Part shown: piece after piece, positions 1 to 7,535 of the stretch | Position numbering within the stretch: position 1 is the first letter of the stretch | Layout: each line of letters begins with the position of its first letter | NCBI GenBank assembly: GCA_009780415.1 | Contig: WRAC01000002.1 | Location: 8,895-72,894, forward strand | Source of the DNA: Defluviitaleaceae bacterium | Lineage (GTDB): Bacteria > Bacillota > Clostridia > Lachnospirales > WRAX01 | Reading direction: 5' to 3' | Length of the DNA: 64,000 bases | Position numbers and translations under genes: made by a program | Notes under the pieces: generated by a model | Databases searched by the model: none | What the model was told of the DNA's origin: nothing | The model's input: only the letters and a program-made list of their open reading frames with translations

Positions 1-73
1 CGGATGAGCCAGTACGCTCACGCTCAGGCCGGCTCATCCGCCCGGAGTAAGTGTTGCTTTGATTGCAACTTGG
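1..73 (+). repeat. Nested-hairpin intergenic repeat, copy 1 (5' part cut off by the window edge)
   Basis: 1-73 matches the right two-thirds of the 106-bp element at 29015-29120: inner arms cggatgagcc/ggctcatccgcc, loop tacgctcacgctcagg, outer arm cggagtaagtgttgctttgattgcaacttgg. It lies immediately 3' of the minus-strand CDS 81-953. Confidence 0.85.
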
Positions 74-80
74 TATTAGG

Positions 81-953
81 TTAATTCTTTATACAGTATG
101 ACGAGTTCTCAGCCATGAGTTTAAAGCCGCACGAATAATATAAATCGCTTGCGTGGGTATTCAACTTATCGACCACCAAATCAACGGTATCCGCATTGTA
201 TCTGTTTAGAGCGCAATCAACTGCCATATTAAGCAACGCCCATCCGTAACCTTCACCACGCGCTCCCTCTGCCACAGCAAAGATTTCTGCCGTCATATGG
301 TCAGGGTTGTCTTTGTAACGCTTTAATACCCCATAACCGACAAATACGCCATTTTCGTTAAGCGCGCAAAAAACATCCCGGTCTTTGCCGATAGAACTTA
401 TAAGCTCTCTGCCTGATATATAGGAATCCGGAAATGTATCATGCAGTATTTGAATAACATCGTTTTCAAATTCATCACTATATGAAACGATGTTGTGTTT
501 TATTTGCTGTGGTTTATAATTAAGCTTTTCCAAAAGTAAGATATATTCATTATCACGCCGTTGGGCAGATAATGATTCCATCATCCGATGCAGGTTCCGG
601 TTTCGCGAATCGAAGTAAAAATTAAACCTAACCGCTTTTGGAAGTTTGGCATTGGCAAATTCAAACATGCCTTTTGCGTCGTCCCCGCTCCATTCTCCAA
701 TAAAAAACGGGCCCAGGCAATCGACCCAATTGTTTTCAGGATTTATAAAACATCCGAAGATACCTTTCAGATTATCTCCATCAAAAAGTCCTGCCATAAG
801 ATTGCCGGGATTGTCTATGAGAAATTTAAGGTCTGCATAAATGCCCTCCTTCGATTTCGGACAGTATGCGCAGTTGTTCTCTGGCTGGTTGTTTCGCGTA
901 AAGGCGATGTCAACGCATTGAAGCAAATAATCTGAGCCGCATTTTCTTATCAT
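81..953 (-). CDS. GNAT-family N-acetyltransferase (C-terminal GNAT domain; N-terminal half unassigned)
   Basis: 290-aa ORF. The C-terminal AEIFAVAEGARGEGYGWALLNMAV...DLYYSCGF resembles the acetyl-CoA-binding motif of GNAT enzymes. Confidence 0.6.
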   Translation of the reverse strand: MIRKCGSDYLLQCVDIAFTRNNQPENNCAYCPKSKEGIYADLKFLIDNPGNLMAGLFDGDNLKGIFGCFINPENNWVDCLGPFFIGEWSGDDAKGMFEFANAKLPKAVRFNFYFDSRNRNLHRMMESLSAQRRDNEYILLLEKLNYKPQQIKHNIVSYSDEFENDVIQILHDTFPDSYISGRELISSIGKDRDVFCALNENGVFVGYGVLKRYKDNPDHMTAEIFAVAEGARGEGYGWALLNMAVDCALNRYNADTVDLVVDKLNTHASDLYYSCGFKLMAENSSYCIKN

Positions 954-1071
954 TTATATATCCACCTTTTTAAAAGTAATTTTTCTTTAGAAAACCTATA
1001 AATGCAGTGTAGCATGATTCGAGCAAATAAACATTATATTTAATGGCTATAATCAAATTTTATTTGCCGTA

Positions 1072-1797
1072 TTATTCCGATGAAAATAACCAGTGGTTTA
1101 ACACCGCCAACATCTCTCTCAGATAATTTACCGGCATGGCGTACCAGTCTGTGTACGCTCCGATGTGGTTTACTTCAATTCCTGCTTGTCTGGCGGTCCG
1201 TACCGCCCTGTATATGTGAAAATCGTTGGTTATTAGGACGGCGCTGTAACCGTTGGGGAATCGTTTTTCTATGATGCCGTTTGCGTAAATCAAGTTTTCA
1301 TATGTACTGGTTGACAAGTCTTCCTGCAGGATATTTAAACCCGGCACTCCTCTTGCAATTAGATATCTTGCCATCGCCTCTGCCTCGGTGATGGTTGCCC
1401 TGTTTCCTAATCCTCCGGTGGTTACGATTATTGCGTTGGGATTCTTGTTCCAATAATCAATCGCTGCGTTCAGGCGGTGTGCCAATGGTCTGCTGACGGT
1501 TTCCCGGTTTACACCGGCACCTAAGACGATAATCACGTCCTCTTCGTAATCAGCGGTGCTTATGTTACCGTATATAAAAAGAAACAATGCGAACGCAACC
1601 GGAATTAGAGACATAACCCCGATTGCCGCGTGAATTTTCTTGGGAATCCTTTTAAGGAAGATTGCGTATGCTATTATGCAGATCGAAATTACGGCTTGCA
1701 ATGTGAACCCGATGGTCGGGTTGGCTCTGAAGAACATGAAAGTGACGTTTAACAGAGACAATATACCGATAATTAAGAGCAGTATGCGTATTTTCAC
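1072..1797 (-). CDS. YdcF/DUF218-family membrane protein
   Basis: N-terminal TM helices followed by VIIVLGAGV, IIVTTGG, TITEAEAMARYL, STSTYENL and LITNDFHIYRA, typical of DUF218 (SanA/ElyC/YdcF). Confidence 0.7.
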   Translation of the reverse strand: MKIRILLLIIGILSLLNVTFMFFRANPTIGFTLQAVISICIIAYAIFLKRIPKKIHAAIGVMSLIPVAFALFLFIYGNISTADYEEDVIIVLGAGVNRETVSRPLAHRLNAAIDYWNKNPNAIIVTTGGLGNRATITEAEAMARYLIARGVPGLNILQEDLSTSTYENLIYANGIIEKRFPNGYSAVLITNDFHIYRAVRTARQAGIEVNHIGAYTDWYAMPVNYLREMLAVLNHWLFSSE

Positions 1798-1936
1798 TTG
1801 TTCCCCCGTTATTGTCTTATATTATTATCCCGCCGGTCATTTCTATGCCCGGTTCGTTTGCAATCCCCCATCATCCGGCCAATATCCTCCGTTGTGTTTC
1901 CCTTGCTGCATCGTTAAGAAACCAGATTATATTACA

Positions 1937-2182
1937 TCATACACGGCGCTTGCAATCCTTTTCATTTCCGTGTTTATAATTACCGGTGGCTTTGGCCATG
2001 ATAAGCTGGGCATCTTTGCCGTCAGCATTTGAGATTTTAGTGATGAACGCATCGGCTCTTATGCCTGATAATGTGGTGACGGCCTTATTATCGCAGTAAA
2101 TGAAGACCTTTTTATCTTTGGTTATCTTATAGGTGAAAACCTCTTCGTTGAGGATACCTCGTTTGTCTATCGGATTAGGCAT
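1937..2182 (-). CDS. Small conserved hypothetical protein (81 aa)
   Basis: Intact ORF in an otherwise empty interval, ending ..QLIMAKATGNYKHGNEK. No function recognised. Confidence 0.45.
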   Translation of the reverse strand: MPNPIDKRGILNEEVFTYKITKDKKVFIYCDNKAVTTLSGIRADAFITKISNADGKDAQLIMAKATGNYKHGNEKDCKRRV

Positions 2183-2270
2183 GTTTTACCTCAAAATTTA
2201 TATTTTTGCTATCTTAAGTATAACGCGGGATTTATTAGTTTGCAAGTTATAGAAATTATATATCACATCA

Positions 2271-2298
2271 TTGACGTAAAATTTATTAGGTGTATAAT
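2271..2298 (+). promoter_or_regulatory. Sigma-A-type promoter for rarA
   Basis: TTGACG (2271-2276), 16-nt spacer, TG-extended TATAAT (2293-2298), about 45 nt upstream of the rarA start. Confidence 0.5.
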
Positions 2299-2345
2299 AC
2301 CTATATAAAGTAAAATTACAATAACAATCACAAGTGGGGCGCGCA

Positions 2346-3683
2346 ATGGATAACCCGGACAATAAATTGAATATATTCGCGCCTCTGGCAAATCAGCTAA
2401 GGCCAAGCGCATTGGACGATTTTGTGGGCCAAGCGCATTTGGTTGGCGCAGGCAAGATGCTGCGGCGTCTCATAGATTCCGATAATATCCCGTCCATGGT
2501 TTTTTGGGGGCCGCCGGGCGTAGGAAAAACTACTTTGGCACGGATTATCGCCCGCATGACCAGATCCGAATTTGAAAATTTTTCCGCCGTGCAAAGCGGA
2601 ATTAAAGAAGTGCGGGCCGTAATGGACAAAGCGGAGCTTGCGCAGCAATGGGGTAAACGGACAATTATATTTGTAGATGAAATCCATCGGTTTAACAAAA
2701 GCCAGCAAGACGCGTTTTTGCCCTATGTGGAGAACGGCAGCGTTATATTGATTGGCGCCACTACCGAAAACCCTTCGTTTGAGGTAAATTCCGCTTTGTT
2801 ATCCCGTTGCAAGGTATTTTTGCTGTACGGCTTGAACGCCGAAGAAATAAAAACGCTTATCAGCCGGGCAATCGCTCACTTTGAAAAAGGGATGGGGCTG
2901 ACGGTTCATATTCCGGAGAAGCTTATCGCCATTATCGCCGAATTTGCCAACGGCGACGCCCGGGTTGCCCTGAACAATTTGGAAATGATATTAAACAGCG
3001 CGGATCAAGCCGAGGGGAGGGTCACCATCACCGAGGCCCTTGTTCAGCAATCCGTCACAAAAAAAATAAATCTGTACGACAAGGCGGGGGAGGAGCATTA
3101 CAACCAAATATCAGCGCTGCACAAATCCATGCGCAACAGCGATGCAGACGCGGGTATTTATTGGCTTACGCGGATGCTGGACGGGGGTGAGGATCCCCTA
3201 TACATCGCCCGCCGCGTTATACGTTTTGCAAGCGAGGACATTGGCATGGCAGACGGTAACGCCTTATTGCTGTCGGTAGCGGCTTATCAAGCCTGCCATT
3301 TTCTTGGGATGCCCGAATGCGGCGTGCATCTTGCCCATGCGGTAACATACTGCTCGCTGGCTCCGAAGTCAAACGCTGTTTACAAAGCATTTAACTCCGC
3401 GATGGAAGACAGCCGCCGCTTGCCCGCCGAATCTGTACCTTTGACAATACGCAACGCCCCAACAAAGCTTATGAAGGAACTGGAATACGGAAAAGGCTAC
3501 GAATACGCACACAATCACGACGATAAGTTCATCGCCGGTTTACAATGCTTGCCTGACAGTCTGGCTGATAAGAAATATTATCATCCCACAAACCAAGGAA
3601 GAGAGGCAAGGGTCAAGGAATATCTGGCGCGCTTAGAGGAGCTGCGCAGACAGCATAATCATAAAAATCCGTTTCGGGGATAG
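2346..3683 (+). CDS. rarA: Replication-associated recombination protein A (AAA+ ATPase RarA/MgsA)
   Basis: Walker A GPPGVGKTTLARIIA, Walker B IIFVDEIHRFNK, and the C-terminal MgsA domain (YDKAGEEHYNQISALHKSMRNSD). The ATG at 2346 follows GGGG; the ORF track starts at GTG 2334. Confidence 0.9.
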   Translation: MDNPDNKLNIFAPLANQLRPSALDDFVGQAHLVGAGKMLRRLIDSDNIPSMVFWGPPGVGKTTLARIIARMTRSEFENFSAVQSGIKEVRAVMDKAELAQQWGKRTIIFVDEIHRFNKSQQDAFLPYVENGSVILIGATTENPSFEVNSALLSRCKVFLLYGLNAEEIKTLISRAIAHFEKGMGLTVHIPEKLIAIIAEFANGDARVALNNLEMILNSADQAEGRVTITEALVQQSVTKKINLYDKAGEEHYNQISALHKSMRNSDADAGIYWLTRMLDGGEDPLYIARRVIRFASEDIGMADGNALLLSVAAYQACHFLGMPECGVHLAHAVTYCSLAPKSNAVYKAFNSAMEDSRRLPAESVPLTIRNAPTKLMKELEYGKGYEYAHNHDDKFIAGLQCLPDSLADKKYYHPTNQGREARVKEYLARLEELRRQHNHKNPFRG

Positions 3684-3728
3684 TTCCAAGTTTTATATTC
3701 ATTACCGCACTCAAAAAAATGATGTTCC

Positions 3729-4217
3729 TTAATTACGTGTGTACTCATACATATCTAAAATAAGCAGGGGGTACGACGAGGTAATAATTCCTTCGTCATG
3801 CGCGTCCTGGAGGATATTCCTAAGCGTTCCCGTACGCTGTTCGAAACATGCGACGCACCAGCCGCGGGCGGATTTTGCGCAGGCGATAAAGTCGTCGGCC
3901 CAGCGTTCCATCCTGCCGAAATTCCGCTCTGCCAAAGCCGTGAACCTTGCGCCCGGCTTTGTTTCGCTTCCGCCAATGTTGCGGAAATACAGCTCGTGCA
4001 GGATAACCCCGTCCATGGCGTAACCCTCGCCCTTTTTTAACCCCCGGTAAAACGAGTATGTCTTGTTCGCCTTATCTCTTTCGGCGTTTTTGTCAAGCTC
4101 CTCAGCAATTTCATTTGACTTGCCGATATAACCTTTGTACAGCTTCAAATGTTCGTCGTAAGCCTTTTCCGAAACCAGACCCGTGTTATGCGCAAACGGT
4201 ATTTCGCGGATTCTCAC
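3729..4217 (-). CDS. Fe/Mn superoxide-dismutase-like protein, non-canonical and C-terminally short
   Basis: Segments align by eye to the SOD fold (HLKLYKGY, ILHELYF, GWCVACF, LLILDMYEY). The ORF ends at DMYEYTRN, where SODs have D-x-W-E-H-A-Y-Y plus about 30 more residues. Confidence 0.5.
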   Translation of the reverse strand: MRIREIPFAHNTGLVSEKAYDEHLKLYKGYIGKSNEIAEELDKNAERDKANKTYSFYRGLKKGEGYAMDGVILHELYFRNIGGSETKPGARFTALAERNFGRMERWADDFIACAKSARGWCVACFEQRTGTLRNILQDAHDEGIITSSYPLLILDMYEYTRN

Positions 4218-4277
4218 AATATCGCCCCATACATATTAATGTTTAACTATATTATTCAAAAATAGTACATTTTGCTA

Positions 4278-4305
4278 TAAACAATAAACCGTTAGATGAC
4301 GATAA
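4278..4305 (+). promoter_or_regulatory. Candidate sigma-D/FliA (sigma-28) promoter of fliD
   Basis: TAAA (4278-4281), N16, GACGATAA (4298-4305). This resembles the B. subtilis sigma-D consensus TAAA-N15-GCCGATAT. The same -10 octamer with the same spacing occurs upstream of flgL (62617-62644). Confidence 0.5.
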
Positions 4306-4334
4306 ATACAATAGATTAAGGAGGGGGTATATAT

Positions 4335-6269
4335 ATGTTTACAAACAAGATGCGAATGACGGGTTTTTCAGGATTTGATTCCGAAGCGCTTGTACGCCAG
4401 CTTATGCAAGCGGAGAGTGTTAGATACAACAACCTTTTGAGGAGGAATACCTTCACACAATGGAAGCAGGAAGCCATCAGAAGTGTTGCAAACGATATCC
4501 GCTCGTTCCAGACAAACGTATTGAATGTCAGCGGTAAGGACTCCATACGGTTTCCATCGAACTTCCGCGCTACTTCCGGAGCGGTCACACGGGCTAACGG
4601 GGATGCCGCTAACGAAGTACGGGTAACCACGGGCGCGAATACGAGACTCGGCACATATGATGTGAAAATTCAGCAGATGGCTCAAAGGGAACGGCATCAG
4701 GGCGCTAAAGATTCCATTACTATAACCAGTAAACTGACAGGCGACGGTATTGATTTTAACAGTATTAAGCCCGGCGAGGGTTTCAGCTTCAACATAAGCG
4801 TTAACGGCGGCGCGTCAAGAACCATTCAATTTACCGCCGATGAAGCCGCGGAACTTCACGCGTTGAGGGATGATCCGGCGGAGGCTAACCAAAGGCTGCT
4901 GGAAATGTTAAATGGCAATGCTGAGGCCGATATTCCCAGCAAACTTGCCGCAGCCGGAATTGAGAACGTTACGGCAAGCATCACAAACAATCGGTTAGAG
5001 CTTACCAGCGCGAACGGCAGCCCGCTAAGGATCACAGGAACAGAAGGCTCCGCCGGAGCTTTAGGGATTTCTACGAATCAGGCCAGTATCGTAAATACAG
5101 ATATGAAATTGAGCGATCTGGGGATTGTCGGTTCGGGCGTATTTACCATCAACAACAAGGAAATTACGTTCAATGCCTCCGATTCCGTAAGCGATTTAAT
5201 GAAAAAGATAAGCGAACATGGCGCGACACTTCAATTTAACCAGCAAACTAAATCTTTCACGCTTCAAGGTAATCAGGTCGGCGCGAACGGCGCCCTTAAT
5301 CTGGGCGGCGAGGATCGTGACGTTATCATGGGAGCGCTGGGATTTCACACAGGGCCAGGCGCGCCGCCGCCCGGAGGCCCCACCTTCCAAGCGGCGCAGG
5401 ACACCGTCGCCTTTATCAACGACGAAAGGGTTACGAGCAGCAACAATGTCCTGAACCACCAGGGTATGTCCATCACGCTCGGAGTCGGTGTCAACGCCAC
5501 AACAAACTCCGAATTCCAAATAGAAGTCACAAGCGACACCACGCAGCTCAAGAATATGATTACAAACTTCGTGGATGAGTATAATAAGCTTGTTAAAACC
5601 CTTAACGACCTCCAGCGCACGCCCCGCCCAAAATCCGTAACCGGCGAATTCTTCGAGCCGCTGACGGACGAGGAAAAGAGGGGTATGACGGAAACCGAGA
5701 TCCAGAAATGGGAGGAAAAAGCACGGGAAGGCGTACTGCACAGGGATCCTATTCTTGAGAAGCTTCAGCGCGACATGCGCATGGCGCTTATGAACCCCGT
5801 TGAAATACGCGACGCTGACGGCAATGTGACAAGGATATCGCTCTCGATGCTGGGTATAACTACCACAAACAATCATGCCGACGGCGGTATTTTGGAAATA
5901 AACGAGGAGAAGCTTGACCAGATGCTCAGGGAGCGCCCGGACGACGTAAGGGCCTTGTTTACACAGTCCGGGGACGGCGCGGCGAAGGGCCTTGGCGACA
6001 GGCTGAACGATATTGTACACGGCGCAGTCAGCAGCGGCGGCACTTTAACCCGCTTGGCAGGCAGCGAAGCCCACACAGCTTCCGAAAAAACTAACAGAAT
6101 GTACCGCGAAATATCCGAGCAGAACAACAGGTTGGCGCAAATGCTGGATGTTTTACGGAAGAAAGAGGATTACTACTTTAGTATGTTCGCTAAAATGGAA
6201 GCCGCGATGATGAAGGCCGACTCGCAGATGGCGTCTATTATGGGGATGTTTGGCCAAGGGATGATGTAA
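4335..6269 (+). CDS. fliD: Flagellar filament capping protein FliD (hook-associated protein 2)
   Basis: The N-terminal MRMTGFSGFDSEALVRQLMQAE and the C-terminal coiled-coil region (YREISEQNNRLAQMLDVLRKKEDYYFSMFAKMEAAM) are typical FliD termini. Strong RBS AAGGAGGGGG. Confidence 0.9.
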   Translation: MFTNKMRMTGFSGFDSEALVRQLMQAESVRYNNLLRRNTFTQWKQEAIRSVANDIRSFQTNVLNVSGKDSIRFPSNFRATSGAVTRANGDAANEVRVTTGANTRLGTYDVKIQQMAQRERHQGAKDSITITSKLTGDGIDFNSIKPGEGFSFNISVNGGASRTIQFTADEAAELHALRDDPAEANQRLLEMLNGNAEADIPSKLAAAGIENVTASITNNRLELTSANGSPLRITGTEGSAGALGISTNQASIVNTDMKLSDLGIVGSGVFTINNKEITFNASDSVSDLMKKISEHGATLQFNQQTKSFTLQGNQVGANGALNLGGEDRDVIMGALGFHTGPGAPPPGGPTFQAAQDTVAFINDERVTSSNNVLNHQGMSITLGVGVNATTNSEFQIEVTSDTTQLKNMITNFVDEYNKLVKTLNDLQRTPRPKSVTGEFFEPLTDEEKRGMTETEIQKWEEKAREGVLHRDPILEKLQRDMRMALMNPVEIRDADGNVTRISLSMLGITTTNNHADGGILEINEEKLDQMLRERPDDVRALFTQSGDGAAKGLGDRLNDIVHGAVSSGGTLTRLAGSEAHTASEKTNRMYREISEQNNRLAQMLDVLRKKEDYYFSMFAKMEAAMMKADSQMASIMGMFGQGMM

Positions 6270-6288
6270 TATAAAGGCGGAGTTTATT

Positions 6289-6726
6289 ATGGCTGAGCTT
6301 GGACGTATTAAAGGACTTTTGGAACGCAGGAATGAACTTTGTACCGAGTTGCTGGAGCTGACCAGGAGCGCTGTGTTTGGCGGCAAACCTGAGGACTCTG
6401 AGACCGACGCGGTGATTTTCACAGAGCTTTACGATAATCGCGAGCCGGTATTGGCGGAGCTTGACGGGGTTCATGAGGAGATTGGGCAAGACGGTTACGC
6501 GCTTGCCCGGTCCTCCGGCGACGGGGCCGTTTCAAAGCTTCTTGCCGAATCCGAAGAGCTGCTCACGCAATTAATGGAGCTGGATAAACGTAACATAGAA
6601 TTGGGCCGGGTAATGCACAAGGACATGCGCGAAAATATCCGCCGCATAAACCAGGGGCGGAATATAAGCCTGAAATACGGCGCGCATGGCGAAACGGACG
6701 GGTACTTGGTGGATAATAAGAATTAA
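6289..6726 (+). CDS. Putative flagellar export chaperone (FliT-like)
   Basis: 145-aa helical acidic protein between fliD and flaG. The C-terminal pattern (..NIRRINQGRNISLKY....DGYLVDNK) resembles the B. subtilis FliT tail. Called from position and weak similarity only. Confidence 0.45.
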   Translation: MAELGRIKGLLERRNELCTELLELTRSAVFGGKPEDSETDAVIFTELYDNREPVLAELDGVHEEIGQDGYALARSSGDGAVSKLLAESEELLTQLMELDKRNIELGRVMHKDMRENIRRINQGRNISLKYGAHGETDGYLVDNKN

Positions 6727-6793
6727 TTAATCACGGTACAATGTTGCCTGGCAACGTTATATTATAAGCAAGTCACGGATGGAGGTTATTAAT

Positions 6794-7207
6794 ATGGAAA
6801 TTGACGCTCTAAAAACAGTGCAGGTGACTGTGAATGCTACCCAGCCGAAAGCCCCTGCGCCAAAAGCTTCGGACAAACCGGCGGACACAGGTTCCGCTCC
6901 CGTTGCGGACACAAGCAGGACAACGGCGGTTGATACCGATGCGGCACCTAAAAAACAAGATGCCGGAAAAGAAGAAAAAGCGTCCGCTAAAATGCTGCAA
7001 GCCGCTATTGAGTCCGCAAACAAACAGTTGGCTTTCGCGAACCGCGCGCTTCATGCTTCGTACCATGAGGCAACCAGCCGGATACATGTTAAGGTTATAG
7101 ACACCGAAACTAACGAAATAATAAGGGAGATTCCGCCGGAAAAGACTTTGGATCTTTTCGCAAAGGTTCTGGAGATGGCAGGGATTTTATATGACGAAAG
7201 CAAATAG
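6794..7207 (+). CDS. flaG: Flagellar protein FlaG
   Basis: C-terminal FlaG domain: NRALHASYHEATSRIHVKVIDTETNEIIREIPPEKTLDLFAKVLEMAGIL. The ATG at 6794 is 8 nt after GGAGG; the track start is 6779. Confidence 0.85.
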   Translation: MEIDALKTVQVTVNATQPKAPAPKASDKPADTGSAPVADTSRTTAVDTDAAPKKQDAGKEEKASAKMLQAAIESANKQLAFANRALHASYHEATSRIHVKVIDTETNEIIREIPPEKTLDLFAKVLEMAGILYDESK

Positions 7208-7213
7208 CAGCAA

Positions 7214-7243
7214 ACGGCGGCATCCGTAAAGAGGTGCCGCCGT
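7214..7243 (+). terminator. Rho-independent terminator after flaG
   Basis: Stem acggcggca/tgccgccgt followed by atactttttatt. Confidence 0.8.
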
Positions 7244-7285
7244 ATACTTTTTATTAGCAAAACGGAGGTATTATGACAGTTGATG

Positions 7286-7349
7286 CCAAGTTGCAATCTA
7301 AATCACACTAACTCCGCACGGAGTAAGTGTTGCTTTGATTGCAACTTGG
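7286..7349 (+). repeat. Nested-hairpin repeat, copy 2 (64-bp short form lacking the inner module)
   Basis: It has the same 31-bp outer arms as copy 4, but the 44-bp inner hairpin is replaced by the dinucleotide ca. Confidence 0.9.
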
Positions 7350-7456
7350 TATGAATTATCAGCGGCATAGCGTGACGATAAAGAAATATTACGAAACCTT
7401 ATGGAAAAGTATGATTATGTGTTCCTTTTTTCGTCTGTCAAATAATGAGTAACCCA

Positions 7457-7485
7457 TTGACAAATAAGGTTTATCCCTTCATAAT
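7457..7485 (+). promoter_or_regulatory. Candidate sigma-A promoter for valS
   Basis: TTGACA (7457-7462), 17 nt, CATAAT (7480-7485). Confidence 0.35.
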
Positions 7486-7535
7486 ATCAATGGAGTAATA
7501 TGATTATGTTAGGGATGATACCGTTGAAAAAAGAA

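Noticed and set aside
7350-7535. Expected a T-box leader upstream of valS
   Set aside because: The interval is too short, and I see no specifier-loop or T-box (..GGTGGTACCGCG..) sequence and no terminator/antiterminator pair. There is only a plausible sigma-A promoter.
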